From the human T2T-CHM13v2.0 reference genome, Homo sapiens, in assembly GCF_009914755.1 (NCBI RefSeq), contig NC_060934.1: 64,000 nt of DNA. One strand, 5' to 3'. Shown here piece after piece: positions 1-17,359 of this stretch. Both the position numbers and the translations under genes were made by a program. Position 1 is the stretch's first letter. Every line of letters starts with the position of its first letter. A model generated the notes under the pieces. The model was given only the letters and a program-made list of their open reading frames with translations. It searched no databases and was not told the origin of the DNA.

Positions 1-1699
1 CCAGTAGCTTCTGAAAATGTTAATGTGGCACTGTGCAGGGAGTCAAGGGAACAGTCTCCTCATTTTCAGTGCAGGATGCTAGGGAAAGCCTGTCCGTATG
101 TGTGCGTGGGTGTGTGAGTGAGGGCTGGCTGTGCACCCTGCCTCTCTGGCTGAAGTAAGTTGCAGAGCAGCTTTGCCTTTTCATGGGCTTGGGTGTGGGG
201 AATCCCTCCTACCAAGAGTATTTTGGGAAATTCCTAAATGCTGATGTGTTCTCAGCTCTATATAATGCCCTTGTTGGAGTGAGGAGCAAAACACACATGG
301 ATAATGATTTTAAAGCACCAGTCAACCAATTCCTGGTGTGTGTGTCTTTTACTTGCTTGATAGAGCTGTTCAAGGAGAATCTTGCGTTGTCAAGGATTTT
401 AGGCTTCTACATAGTACAGGGATTGCTCTTCTTTTCCTTTTCCAGGGCTCTTCCTGTCTCTAGATATTTAGCATACAGATGCAGTTTCATGATGTAGCAC
501 GAGAATCTCCCACATTTCCACATATATTACACAGTCGGCGAAGCAAGTGGTAGTGGTGGCTGCTCCAGCCAAACCTGGCAGTGCTACTGCCGTCACTTTT
601 CTAATAACCTTGGTGTCTCTGCAACAAGGTTAGTGGTGGTGTTTACCAAAGCTACAACTTTGTTTCTCCTTTCTCTTTCCCTGCTTCTGTTGTCTCCCTG
701 TCTCCCCTCCTGCTGCCCCCTACCACTTAGGTTAATGAACTTCCCTGTGGTATGCAGAAACTAGTCAGACATGCATCTTTAAAACACATTTTAGAGTTTT
801 CAAAAATGTGCATAATAGAAATATATCCTAAAGTTCAAAAACATTCTGAGATTGTCACAGTTAGTGGCAGATTAAGGAAACAGAATATAAAATAGCCAAA
901 TATATTCCAGGAAGTCATGCTTGTTGAGTAGGCATTTATCTGACAGATTGAAATGAGCTTCTTTTGTGTGTTGGCTCATAGTCCAGAATTGCAAGTTTTT
1001 CACTTTTAGTGTTTATGTAAAATTCTCCTGCTGGCTCATTTCATGGAAATAAAGGCTCACTTCATCTGTAACTTGTATCTGTAGTAAGACCCTTACAAGG
1101 GCTGCAATTTTCATCTTGGTTTAATTTGCAAGAAAAACATTATTATGTACGTATAGCTACTTGTTTTAATTTAGTGTCAATTGTCAATGTCGTAGTAGAA
1201 ATGGATGAAGAAAATCCTTTTGGAAAGGAGATTTTTATAGAAATCAAAGGAGTATTGCCCAGCAACTCTTAATAGGTGTTTACTGAATATATACTATGGG
1301 AATGTATTGCACGCTTTAGAGATTCTAAAGAATAACATATCCTTGCCTACAAGGTGTTGCTTACCAATTTGAGGAGATGAAGATTGTCCGTAGAATAGGG
1401 ACTGAACAAGCACTGTGTGAAAAAACGGTATTATGCTGTGCAATAAAATTTCAAGAATAGGATAATACATAAAGGAACGATTTGCTGTGGAGATCATTTC
1501 ATTATATGTGAGATTGATGTCCAGAGATGTCATCCAGTTTAGTTAATGTAGTTCTGGCTAGCTGTTTGTGGAATTCTGGCTAGTTTGTTTTTTTAATGTC
1601 CTTATCCTGTTTCTTGTGTTATACTTGAACACATCAACATAGAGTGAGAAGTTACTGTTTTTGTTACCTAAAAATGAGTCACATAGTAAAAAGAGATGG

Positions 1700-1835
1700 G
1701 TTGAGAATCAGATATATTTGATTTCAGATCCTGGCTGTGCTCATTCTTAGCTCTGTGTGCTCTGTGTGCCTCAGTTTTCTCATTGGAAGAACTGGAATGT
1801 AAGTTACTAATTTACAGATTTGTTGGGATTAAATT
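1700..1835 (+). mobile_element. MIR fragment
   Basis: tcagatcctggct...tgtgcctcagttttctcat MIR core. Confidence 0.65.
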
Positions 1836-1847
1836 ATTTTGAAGCAT

Positions 1848-2193
<346 letters not shown>

Positions 2194-2599
2194 TCAGTTT
2201 TCTCACTAAATTTAATCCTCCTGGAAACATGCCATCACTGGTAGAATATTAGGTATTTAGGTTATTTCCCATAGCACTTGTTCTTACACAAATCACCAAA
2301 TGTGTGCTTTTCCACTCTCTCTTATGAATCCTTACATCCCCAATGTCAAATAGCAAAATAGCAAAGAAAATTTATATATGGAGAGAGAGGGGTTTTTCAA
2401 GGACCATATTTTAATCTCACGCTTAAAGGGTAAATTTCTATCCATTTAATAATGTAATAAAAATTATTTTCATGTTAAGCTAAACAAAACATGATTTGAA
2501 AGACAAATCTGCTGCATCTTACAAAATAACATGTCCTTCTAAACCCAGCTGAAGTCCTATCTCCACGAAGCCTTCTCTGGCCACTCCCGCCCACGGTAA

Positions 2600-2953
<354 letters not shown>

Positions 2954-3071
2954 AATTTCATTGAGTTTACCTCTCATTTGGCATTTAAGCGTTGTTATAA
3001 ACCAATATATGTCTATTTTTATTATTGTGTCCTGCCTTGCCAATTAGATTGTAACCTCTTAGCAGCCATAG

Positions 3072-3401
<330 letters not shown>

Positions 3402-3579
3402 TAGAATTAGTTACTGTCTTCACAATATCTCGTGGTGCTGTGTACGTGATAGGCAATGAGTTGATACCTGGTGCTTGAGGAAAGTGTTAACAATGTGAAG
3501 AAACAAGAACAGGTTCTTTTCTGTGTTCAATTTGTACAGGAGGTTCTGGCTTATTTATTCAATAGGTATAGAGTCCTTA

Positions 3580-4040
<461 letters not shown>

Positions 4041-6857
4041 ACAAACTAGTGATGAGTAAAGTTCATCTCGTGCTTTCTATTTGGAAATTTTACACCACAT
4101 CCATATTTCTAAGAGATGGCTACAGGAAAATGTCTTTTTAGAAAGCATTTCACATTTTGCATTGTCACCTAGTAGCAATTATGTATAGTTGATTCTTGAT
4201 AAAGTACTTGCTTGCTAGTCCATAGCAAACCGTATTTTAAAAGGTACTGCAGTGAACCAGGTGGTTTGTTGGAATAAACCTCACATTTGCTGAGGAATTG
4301 CTGGATATATCTGAATCCCTTCCTTTGACAACAGTCTAGAATGGAGTGTGATGTCTTGGAGCCACTTAAAGACTTATCTTTTTCCCTAAGTGAAAAAGAT
4401 AAGACTATACTTAGAGTCCTGTAACTTGTTCATTTTTGCTTTCTAGAATGATTGTGTCTACTCCTTGAGCCTTTAAGGAGTAGGTTTGGGGTATTAGATG
4501 AGGAAAATTCGAGGGCCAGCTTGTAACTTCTAATTCCTTTTCCTTGGGTGACTGTACCAGTTCTGAAAATGAGATTGAATGGCTAGAGACTTTGGAAACA
4601 TCAAAGGTACTTAAAGAATATAATCTTAGCACAATAGGTAGTAAGATGTTTTAGGTATAAATAATATGTAATTAAAGTTTTCTTGTTGGTGGTGTGTGTA
4701 CAAGTTAGTATCTAAGGGTCAAATGACTTGAATTTGAGTGGTTGCCATTACATATTAATTATAATATAACATTCCCAAAATGTCTATAGTTTCTGTGTTA
4801 TGTTTAGCTACCTTAGCTTTAGCTTCATGTCAAGTATAGGAGCTTATAAGAATTTATAATGCTAGCTTTATGTCATCTTATAGTCTAATCATCTTGTTTT
4901 CAACTCTTGAATCAACTTGCTTCAACTTTCAGTTTTCTTTTATGAGAAACTGCTCCATTTTCATACTACATCCAGATAAAAAAGGTCAAACCATGTTTGA
5001 CACACAAGATTAGTTCTGCTCACCTCAAATGTAAGATTGGTAAAGTTTACCTCCAGGATTCCTAGCTTGCCCTTTCTGTTTCCATTAATCCCTGTTAAGA
5101 CCTGTTCCCTCATTATTCTCCATCAAATTTTCACCCAGGAAAAAGACTATCAATATCTTAATCTTTGTAACCTTCCTGGGGTTCTGAAATTAGATTCATA
5201 TTTCTAATAATCTACTTTCTGGCATGAAAGTAGTTTTCCTCTTTTAAAGGCATTTCAGACTTCAAGCCATTTAAATCACACCATACAATATGGAGCACAG
5301 GAAAATGAATGTGAAAGCTACCTGGCATAATCAAAGACCTTCAAAAGGATGGCAGCTCCTCTTCTCACTACATGGTCCACTAGCCATTTCTAGTTATACA
5401 CTTCTGATATATTTGCTGGCTTTGGTTCTAATTCAGACAGTGGTTTGATTCAGCAGACTCTATATGGAACTTGTTCTATGCCATGCACATCATAGAACAT
5501 TTAAACTGTAGATGTACACATCAGAATTCTGAACTCTGTGTATCTTTCTTAACCCTACAGCATTGAAGTCCCAACAGCAGCATTTTGGTCTAGGTCTAGT
5601 ATCTGTTTTTCATGTTGCAAAATTCACCAAAGAAGATGGGGGAAAACACATTCCCTGAATCTGTACCCACTGAATGTTGGAATTTGCTATAGAAAGAGAA
5701 GAGAAATAATTCTCAGGTAATTCCAGTGCCTTCCCTCTTCCTTCTTCCACACCCAGTTGGGGGCTGGGGGAGAAGCTACATGAATGTTGTATGTATTTTA
5801 TAACTCCCAGAAGCCTAAACAAACATCTAAAGATTTTGAATGGAATGAAATTTAGGTGAATCATACACACTCCTCTTAGAAATTATGGTATTAAAAAAAG
5901 ACTGCAACATAATTCTGATGTATTTTATTTTTGAATTCTATTATCTTGTGGATGATTGGAGATGATGATATAAAAGGTATAGAGTTGAAGTATACATCTC
6001 TTATTAAATTAAATATCTGATTGCTTGATTAAATAACTGGATATTCCTGGGATTCCCTGGTACTTATTTATTTATAGCTCTGTATCTAGGGAAGGCTGGT
6101 GCTACATAATAAAAGCTACTAGGCACGCTTTATGCCACTATGCTCAGAAAGCTTTGATTGCAGAAGTTCTTTTGTGAATAACACCACTTCAGTCGAAATG
6201 TAATCTCCTAGGATCTCATTCCAGTATTTATTTTAAATCATAATAGTGCTTTTCATTTTTATTACAGAGAACTAAGAAACAAGGAAACATATTGTGGTCT
6301 GACAAAGATAGATCAGGTATTTTGGAAGCATTTTAAAATCTTGAAAGCCTTGCTCTATTCGTATATAATTAGTGTATATTCTTCAGAGTGATTTATTCTC
6401 CCCAGAAGGAATAGTGTTCATATTCTATATTCTTGATAGTCTTAGAAGTTGGGGAGAGGGGTGGCAAACATATATTAAAATTTAAAGTGAAATCATCTTC
6501 TCATTGTTAAGAGGTAACAAGTAGTGGCACATTTTACCTTTGTTGCCCTGCCTTGTTCCCAACAATTTCAAATTAATGATGAGTATTATATCATTTTAGA
6601 TCCTTTAAATTTAGGAATGACTATAGTGTCTTAAAATCACATGTATGAAGCTCAGCTGCTGGCTGGCTCTCTCTTACCACAGTTAAAAAGTTGTGCAGAA
6701 TGGACTGAATTTTAATGTTGTGTATAGACTGTAAACCGTATCCATTAGTATTCATTATTTCACTTCTTTTTGATTTTTACTCTCTTCACAACCTCCCTAT
6801 CTATACCGTAGTCCAGGGGAAGAATGTCAGTGTTTTTTATGTCAGTCCTTGGATGAA

Positions 6858-6899
6858 TTCTCTTTAGATAATGTTTCTCTTTAGATAATGTTTCTCTTT
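6858..6899. repeat. 17-bp tandem repeat (ttctctttagataatgt) x~2.5
   Basis: Seen directly. Confidence 0.9.
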
Positions 6900-7334
6900 T
6901 CAAGAAACAGTGCTGAAAAGGCTATGCCTTTTCTTTCTCTTTCTTTGAGGTTTTATCTGAGTTATATCGCTTGTGTAGATATAGGATAAGTTATTTTTAT
7001 TTTTATCCCCAGGAAGCCTTTCAGCCCAGTGTGCTTTCCCATAGTTATTGAAATGCACAAATCACCGGTGCAACTAATCTGAATAATTAGTAACTGAGTA
7101 CAGGTATACTAGTTGTAAAATTATCTCTGCATCTTTATGTAAGAATATTAATTACATGAACTTATTTTTAATTTTTTCCCTTCTGAACATGTTTTCTTTT
7201 ATGTAGGAAATTCTTTCTAAATGCCAAAAAAAAAAAACTAAAAAGATTTTTAAGTGATTCTATCCAGAAGAGATTGCTACCTCAGTTCCTTTTATCAAAA
7301 GCAGCTATACATGTAGTAATTTTAAAGAGGGGGG

Positions 7335-7430
7335 ATTTTGAAGTCAAGTTTGAATCCCAGCTCTTCCACTTCCTAGCTGTTTGACCTTTGGGTAAAGTCT
7401 TTCAGTATCTCCATGTGAATATGAAAATAG
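7335..7430 (+). mobile_element. MIR 5' part; continues at ~8140-8250 after the LTR
   Basis: tttgaatcccagctcttccacttcctagctgtttgacctttgggtaa. Confidence 0.7.
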
Positions 7431-8135
7431 TGTTATAAAACCGAACTGGGGTTTACTTGCCTGGAGCAGCAAAACCAGATATCCACACACATTTTGCAGT
7501 GGCAGAAAGAAAGGCATTTATTTGCAGGGCACCAAGCAAGGAGGACCGGGCAGCTAATGCGTAAATCCTTACTTCCTTGGTAGCTTACAGGTAAGGGTTT
7601 TTAAAGGCGGGGTAAATTTCAGGAAAGCAGAAGTGACAGACAAAATCATATGTCAATGCATGGAGGTTACACAGTGTTTTTGGCCTAAAAGGACAGGATA
7701 TTTTGAAGCAGGGGCTTACAGATCATAGGTAGAGTCAAAACTTTTCCGATTTGTGCTTAAGGAAGAGAAGCTTTGTTTAAAAATTTGGAATCAGCGGAAA
7801 AGAATGTTAAACTGCTTCCTGGGGATGACTCCCTCCAGGCCTCTCAGGAAGAAATTTAGAACAAAGAAAGGTGGTCAGAGTTCAGCCTTCAGTTCTTCCA
7901 TATCTGAGGTCTACCTGCCAGTGGATCAGTTCCCAGGGAATCCTAGGTCATGAAAAACTCCCGGTTTTTGAAAAACTCAGGGACATCTCAGGGCCAGGTG
8001 CCTGGAATTTCCCTTGAAGGAACTCAGGGTTTTCCTTTATTTATTTCTATGCTTGCCCCACCCCCAATAACTCTCCCTCTCCCCTCCCCCCCACCCCCAC
8101 CCACTCTCCCCAAAAGGGGCTGCTTGCTTCATCTT
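7431..8135 (-). mobile_element. ERV1-class solo LTR (MER4-group-like; family tentative)
   Basis: Begins tgtta; carries tttatt (AATAAA on -) and ggggcttacagatcataggtag motif; interrupts a MIR. Confidence 0.7.
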
Positions 8136-8259
8136 AAATAATGTTAAGATCTTCTCAGGAGTTTGCGTCATAGATTGAATGACATCAGTGTGTGTAAGGT
8201 ACAGTGCATTATAGGGCTAGTGCCCAGTGGACATTAGTGGCAATGATGATTACACTGCC

Positions 8260-8560
8260 TTTCTTTTTTTTTTTTAAATTGAGATGGAGTCTCACTCTGT
8301 TGCCCAGGCTGGAGTGCAGTGGCACGATCTTGGCTCACTGCAACCTCCGCTTCCTGGGTTCACGTGATTCTTTTGCCTCAGCTTCCTGGGTAGCTGGGAT
8401 TACAGGCGCATGCCACCATGCCCGGCTAATTTTTGTATTTTTAGTAGACACAGGGTTTCACCATGTTGCCCAGTGGTCTCAAACTCCTGACCTCAGGTGA
8501 TCTGCTCGCCTTGGCCTCCCAAAGTGCTGGGATTACAGGTGTGAGCCACCGTGCCTGGCC
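8260..8560 (-). mobile_element. AluS
   Basis: Antisense dimer, TSD tgattacactgc. Confidence 0.95.
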
Positions 8561-8861
8561 TGATTACACTGCTTTTTAAGGCTTACTGCCACAATATAGC
8601 TAGGTACCTAGAAATCAGCATTGTCACCAAGGTGAGGGAGAGCCTGCCTCAAATCCTCAGGCAAAATAAAGTCACAGATGAGAAGCCAGATATTGAAACC
8701 ACTTAAAAAGAGAGAGCAACCAACAAAAGGAAGAAATGGAGGAACTATTAAAATATTTTTATAGAAGCCCAGTAGTTTCGGACCACTTACTGAATAGGCA
8801 AACAGTCCTATATACCTTTGTGGCCATGAGGGTTTAATTTATTAAAGCAGGAATATACTGG

Positions 8862-9350
8862 GTTCTGGTTATCTGTTGCTTTGTAATAAATCAGAATTAG
8901 TATCAAAAACAACAACCATCATTTTATTATTATCTCTTAATAGTGTTGGGGGTTGACTGGGCCCAGCAAGGTGGTTCTTGCTTGGAATATCTCATATGGT
9001 CACAATCAGATGATGGCTGGTACTTCCTCACACAGATCTAACCGAGGCTGACTATATTAGCTGGGCCCTTGGTTGGGGCTGTAGGCTCGAATATATCTAC
9101 ATGTGGTCTGTGTGACTTAGATTTCCTAACTGCATGGTGGCTGGTATCTAAGAGTAAGCATCCCAAAAGATCCGGGTGTGTTGCTTTTCATGACCTAGCT
9201 TCAGAAGTTATATCATTACTTCTTCCATATTTATGGACAGGCCTACTCAGATTCAAGACCCACTTCTTGATGGGAGGAATAACAGCTTGATCATACTGTG
9301 AGCTGAGCATGTGAGATGGGATGTATTGTGATGGCCATCTTTAGAAAACA
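8862..9350 (-). mobile_element. MLT1 (MaLR) LTR
   Basis: ggttgactgggcccagcaaggtggttc...catgacctagcttcagaagt MLT1 motifs. Confidence 0.75.
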
Positions 9351-10765
9351 TTCACATCCCTCACATATGCAAATTACATTCAATACCTCTATCAGTGCTC
9401 CCAATTTACATTCTATTACAGTATCAACTCTAAGTCTAGGATCTCATTATCTAAATCAAGTCCATCCCATTCTAGCAGGTGTTGTTAAAATTTTTTTTTA
9501 ATTAAAAAAATAAATCAAGTCCATGTTTGATTGAGGCTCCTTGGTCGCAGTTACTTTCATCCAACTTCTTGGGAGTCATTCCTCTTGATTTGAAGACCTT
9601 TTACTAAAGAGGTAAGTTATCTGCCCCACATATACACAACATACAGTGGTGGGAAAAACATAGGATCACCACTACAGACCCTCCCATTCAAATAGGGGGA
9701 AAACGAGATTCATAGAGTTACTGAATGTTAGCAGTTCTGGAATCCAACCAGACACATGGTGCTATTTCCTTGATTGGGGATCAGTCTTTCTGCCTATGGG
9801 GTTGTTTCCTAAGGCTCTTGGTTCTGCCTTCTGGGCTCTTCATTCGCTGAGTCATCCTTGATTCTGCATAAAAGTAGCCTGTTTTTATTGCTGAGTAGTT
9901 TTCTTGGCCTATTTCTTGCCTATAGAAAGAAGTTTGGGAAGTCCAAAAGCCTCCCTTCATTTTGTTCTGTTTCTGTCCCTTTCAGTCCAAGCTGATATAA
10001 TTTCTTTTAAATCTCTGAATTTCTTATGAATCAGTTTATGAATTCAATTCATTAGACAGACCGACACCCCCAAATTTCTAAAAGATAAGCCTCTCTACCT
10101 TGAGCTCCCTCTGAGACTACTGTGGAACAAGACCCTTAGGCTTCTTAGAAATCTCTCTTTAATGGAGAGTATCTGTGAGGCCTGCCCTTAAGATCTTTAA
10201 ATAGCTTCCCCCACCTCCCGTTTGATAGGGTCTATAGAGTACCTATGTAAATCTCCCTGAGTCTTAATAAAATATTTTAAAGGTTCATTCTGGATTTTAT
10301 ATTTGCCCAGAGTGCATTTCTTCATTTGAGAATAGCTTGCTTTTTGGATTGAATGAAAAAAATGTTTATTTTTCAAACCCAGAAAATCCTAGGTTATTTA
10401 TATTTTCTTAAAATTTTCCTTGAAAATGAGTTTTTAAAATTTATACCACCTCTCTTCCATTTCTATTTAACTATAGACAGCTAGAGGAAGAAAAATAGTA
10501 CCTTCAAAATTCTGTCCTAAAATCTCCTCATTGAGCTCATTAGGTATATTTCTTATTTTCCACATTACCATAGGTGACTATATTGCCAAGTTTTTCACCA
10601 CTCTAGCTTCCAATAAAATTTTCCTCACTTTCCTGTAAGTTTTCATCATCACCTTCCTCAGGCCCACCCTGCCTCCACCTGCCATCCCTTCTCAGTCAGT
10701 GCCACACATTTTTGGTTTTTGATATGGCATCATCCCACTTCCAGTAATATTGACTCTGGGTTATC
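9351..10765 (-). mobile_element. MLT1 internal region
   Basis: Abuts the LTR; ends tgccacacatttttgg...cccacttccagta as in MaLR-int termini; ~1.4 kb. Confidence 0.65.
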
Positions 10766-11101
10766 AAGTTAAAATTGTTTCATATTCAGTATGTTTTAAG
10801 AAAAATGAGTAAATTTTAGAAACTTTTCCATTAAAACTGCTAAAAATTTGAAATGTGTATATATGTATGATACGGTGATTTTAAAAATCTTACTTTTAGA
10901 GATGTTGAAATATTAGTGTATAACATGATATAATTTCTGGGACTTATATCAGCAATATATTAGTGGGGGAAATGGAGTGTGGGTACAGTTTGATCGTGGC
11001 TCCTGATGACTGAAAATGTTGGTGGCTTCTGATGAGGCATCTATTATGTGGTGTCTGTTTCTTGGCACAAAGGAACAGTGTAGTTAAAAATGCCACTCTG
11101 G

Positions 11102-11413
<312 letters not shown>

Positions 11414-11521
11414 TTAGAGCTCACTGATCCACCAAGAGTTTCTCACAAAACACCAGGAAACCCAGGTCCATACTCTCAGAACCATTGTCTTAAACTGCAT
11501 GCAGTACTTTAACATTTCTCA

Positions 11522-11832
<311 letters not shown>

Positions 11833-11904
11833 AAAACCTTTAAAACAACAATTAAGGAGATATCCTATCGAATACAAAGCCAGAGCTTTAACAGGAAAAT
11901 TTAT

Positions 11905-12190
11905 TTTGTTAATTTTTTATTTTTAAAGAGACAGGTCTCGCTTTGTTACTCATGTTGGAGTAACATAGCACACTGCAACCTCATCCTCCTAGGTTCAGGT
12001 GATCCTCCTGCCTCAGCCTGCCGAGTAGGTAGTACTACAGGTGCGTACCACCACGCCTGGCTACTTTTTAGTTTTTGTTTTTTTTTTTTTTTGTAGAGAT
12101 GGGGTCTTGCTATGTTGCCCAGACAGGTCTCAAATTCCTGGCCTCAAGTGACCTTCCTGCCTCAGCCTCCTAAAGTGCTGGGATTACAGG
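11905..12190 (-). mobile_element. AluJ
   Basis: Antisense, flanks tttaacaggaaaattt / tttaacagataaattt. Confidence 0.9.
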
Positions 12191-12453
12191 GATTTAACAG
12201 ATAAATTTAAATAATTCTATTTCCTCCTTGACCAAGAATTATTTAACAGAGTTTCAAAATTTCCAGGTGGAATGACTTTATTTTCTGATTTTGTTTTATT
12301 GCAATATGATTAAGGATTTTTAAAAAATTTTTGCTACTTCTTAGAATTTATTGATGTTTTCTTTGTAACTTAGTGTTCAGTTTTCATAAATGTTGCATGG
12401 ACATTTGATAAGAGTTTTGTTTTTTAATTTCAGGGTACAGAGTGCACCCATAA

Positions 12454-13260
<807 letters not shown>

Positions 13261-13617
13261 AGCTGTGCTATTTGGCACATATATATTCATAATTGTTCCA
13301 TCTTAGTTGTGAATCATACCTCTTAGGGGGCAGTTTAGATAGCCCCTTAATAGCTGTTAGACCTTGTACATTATCTAACTTCCATGAGCTTCAGATTGAC
13401 CAAAAAAAAGTACTAATATATAGTTCAATATATTGAGGTTCAAAAATTTTTTAATTATTCTGCTCTATTACAGAGGTAATACATACTCAATGATGTATAA
13501 AATTTGGACAATACATAAATGCATAAGGAAAAATGTGCCTATAATGCATACAAAGAAAATAAAACTGTACATAACACGTAAAGGCAGAAAAATTACTCAG
13601 TGGGATAGTTTTACTAA

Positions 13618-13957
<340 letters not shown>

Positions 13958-14322
13958 AATCCTAGCATTTTGTATGCTCCTCTCAGGACTTTTTTTCTAT
14001 ATGTATTTAGTTGTTGTTGTTTTTCTTGTTTTTTTTTAGAAATCTTTTCTTACTGGAGTAGTATGTGTTGTTTATAAGTCAAAATAATACAGAAGTGTTA
14101 CAGAGCAAAAAGTGAAAGCCCTCTCATTAGCAGTTTGATATACATTCTTTCAGACTTTTCTCAGTGCATATACAATGTGTGGATATAATTTAATCTAAAG
14201 TATAGAATCATACTGTATATTTTGAATATAAAATCAAACTATATTTAATTTTATAACTTAATTTTTATACCTAAGATTCTGTAATATACTTTGACAGTTG
14301 TGTATGTGGATCAACTTGATTC

Positions 14323-14609
14323 TTTTATTTTTATTTTTTATTTTTTCGAGACGGAGTCTCACTCTGTCACTCAGGCTGGAGTGCAGTGACCTGATCTCGG
14401 CTCCCAGGTTCAAGCGATTCTCCTGCCTCAGCCTCCCGAGAAGCTGGGACTATAGGCGCCCGCCACCACGCCCAGCTAATTTTTGTATTTTTAGTAGAGA
14501 CGGGGTTTCACCATATGGCCAGGCTGGTCTCGAACTCCTGACCTTGTGATTCACCCGCCTCAGCCTCCCAAAATGCTGGGATTACAGGCGTGAGCCATCA
14601 CGCCCGGCC
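14323..14609 (-). mobile_element. AluS with internal deletion
   Basis: TSD tcaac(t/c)tgattctttt. Confidence 0.93.
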
Positions 14610-14709
14610 TCAACCTGATTCTTTTTAAAAGCTATGTAGTTTTCATTGTATTGATATAATTTATTAGATGATTTCCAAATATTCACTATAATTAATAGTA
14701 TTACAGTGA

Positions 14710-14815
14710 ACATTCATTCATTTAATAAATATTTAATGATTACCTGCTGTGTGCCAAGCACTATTTTTGGTGTTGAAAACTGTGGTAAACAAATGTTAAG
14801 TTCCAGCCTTCACAA
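14710..14815 (-). mobile_element. L2 3' fragment
   Basis: cattcattcatttaataaatattt...tgtgccaagcact. Confidence 0.6.
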
Positions 14816-14874
14816 AGCTGTTCTCTGTAAGCACTCCTAGCTTTGTGTACTCGTGACAATTTCAATATATAACA

Positions 14875-15008
14875 TTTTTTTTTTTTTAAACAAGATGCGG
14901 TCTCACTATGTTGCTCAGGCTGTACTTGAATTCCTGGGTTCAACTGATCCTCCCTCCTCAGCCTCCTGAGTAGCAGGGATTACAGGTACATGCCACTATG
15001 CCCAACTC
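14875..15008 (-). mobile_element. FLAM monomer
   Basis: Single Alu monomer, TSD aacattttttt. Confidence 0.85.
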
Positions 15009-15347
15009 AGAACATTTTTTGTAAACAGAATTTTTGGGGCTAAGAGTTCACATTAGATACTGCTAAATCTCTCTAATCTTTTCTCATCTGATAGAAAAAA
15101 AAAGGTAAAGCAAAACCCATGTCATTGTTTTTAATAAATGTCATTATTATTAAGATTAAACTTTTTTTTATGTCATTGGCCATTTGTATTTCTTATTTTA
15201 CGAATTACCTATTCATATTTTAAGGATCACAAATAATATCTGATAAGTAATAATACATTGCTTTTGAAACATATTAGACATATAACATTTGGTTGGATGA
15301 TTACAGTTCCTATTATTTCATTTATTAATAATCAGTCTTGACAAATA

Positions 15348-15882
15348 CAAGTTCAGCATCTCTAATTCAAAAATCCAAAATCTGAAATGCTCCAAAATCC
15401 AAAACTTCTTGAGTGCTGACATGACATGCCAAGTGGAACATTTCACACCTGACCTCATGTAACATGTTGCAGTCAAAACGCAGGAACACAACACACAGTT
15501 TGTTCAGGGATCTTAAGGCAAAAAGACCCTCCCCCCAGTGCCTTCCAGTTGCGATGTGTCTTTTCCAAGCACAGCATGATGGTGATGCCAAACAACCACA
15601 AATTGTCCACATGGTGGCCGAGATAGTTGAAACCTTTTGCTTTCTGATGGTTCAGTGTATAGACTTTGTTTCCTGCCCACAGTTATTTAAAATATTGTAT
15701 AAAGTTATCTTTAGCCTATGTGTATAAGGTGTATATGAAACATAAATGAATTTTGTGTTTAGATTTGGGTCCCATTCCCAAAGTATCTCAATATGTGTGA
15801 GAGAATATTTCAAAATCCAAAGAATTTTGAAATCTGAAACACTTTTGGTCCCAAGGATTTTAGATAGAGAATACTCAACCGG
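15348..15882. mobile_element. Tigger4/Zombi-family DNA transposon derivative
   Basis: TA-flanked degenerate TIRs caagttcagcatc... / ...atactcaaccgg; tctgaaacacttttggtcccaag motif. Confidence 0.8.
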
Positions 15883-16226
15883 TAATGCAAAACAGATGGA
15901 AAAGCCTGTTGGTCATGTATCAAGATTTATTTACTGAATGACTTAATGAGTCCATATATCTTCCAAAAACGCTGTCTGTAGATTACAGCCTCTGAATTGT
16001 TCTTTCAATTTGAAAGGCTGAGAATCACTGATAACAAAAGCAAACATCCTGTAACAGAATACTGAATACAAGAGAGAGCTGTGCCTTCCTAAAGAAATTT
16101 TTGAATTCATTTGTGTTTGGATGATCTTTTTTAACCTTGCCGTCATGCATTTTTAATTGATATAATTTACACACAATGAAGTACACAATCTAAGGTGTTG
16201 GATTATTTTTTAAATAGTTTCACTGA

Positions 16227-16491
16227 GGCCTAGCACGGTGGCTCACACCTTTAATCTCAACAGTTTGTGAGGCCAGAAGTTCGAGACCAGCCTGGGCAAC
16301 ATAGCAAGACCCTGTCTCTACAAAAAAATTAAAAAATTCGCTGGGCATGGTGGAACACACCTGTAGTCCTAGGTACTTGAGAGGCTGAGGTGGAAGGCCG
16401 GAAGTTTGAGGCTACAGTGAGCTATGATTGATTGCACCACTGCACCCCAGCCTGAACGATAGAGTGAGACCCTGTCTCTTAAAATAAAAAA
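16227..16491 (+). mobile_element. AluJ with deletions
   Basis: TSD agtttcactga. Confidence 0.9.
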
Positions 16492-17049
16492 GTTTCACTG
16501 AAGTGAGAAACCAAAAATTTTAGTGTATTTTCACTAATTTGTGGGGGTGGGGATAGGTAGAGGCCATATTCATAGTACTTTGGGCAGTGTTCTCTAGAAA
16601 ATTTATAGTACTTTTCGTGTTATTATACACTATCACCTATTAAGGTAAGTATTTGGTTAAAGTGCTGTAGAAATGGAGGTGATGAGAGGTTCTCATTGAT
16701 TACATAATTTCCTAGATAGTATTAACTCATAATGCTTTCTTTTTTTTTTTTTTTTTTGCTGAAAGTATTTTTTAAAGTTAGTAATTGGTTCTGTTGATTT
16801 TATAGGTACAGTGTAGTGAATGTAAGTGCCAGCCAGTACTGGAGCTAACATTAGAACTTTACCCTTCTGACTGTAGTTTCATGTTCTTCACATAAACCCT
16901 ACTTCTGCTTGAGAGGCTTGGACTGACTCTGACCCACAGACTTCTCAGATTATTTTTGATAATTCTTTGCCAGTTTGTTTTCTTTAAAATTGCTACTTCA
17001 TTCTAACATCCTGTTTCCTGATGAGTCTAGGTTCAAGGTAACTAGGTAA

Positions 17050-17359
<310 letters not shown>

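Noticed and set aside
6268-6316. Possible small exon (ttacAG|...CAG|GTATTT)
   Set aside because: Weak donor, no match to MCU protein; such pairs are common in AT-rich introns
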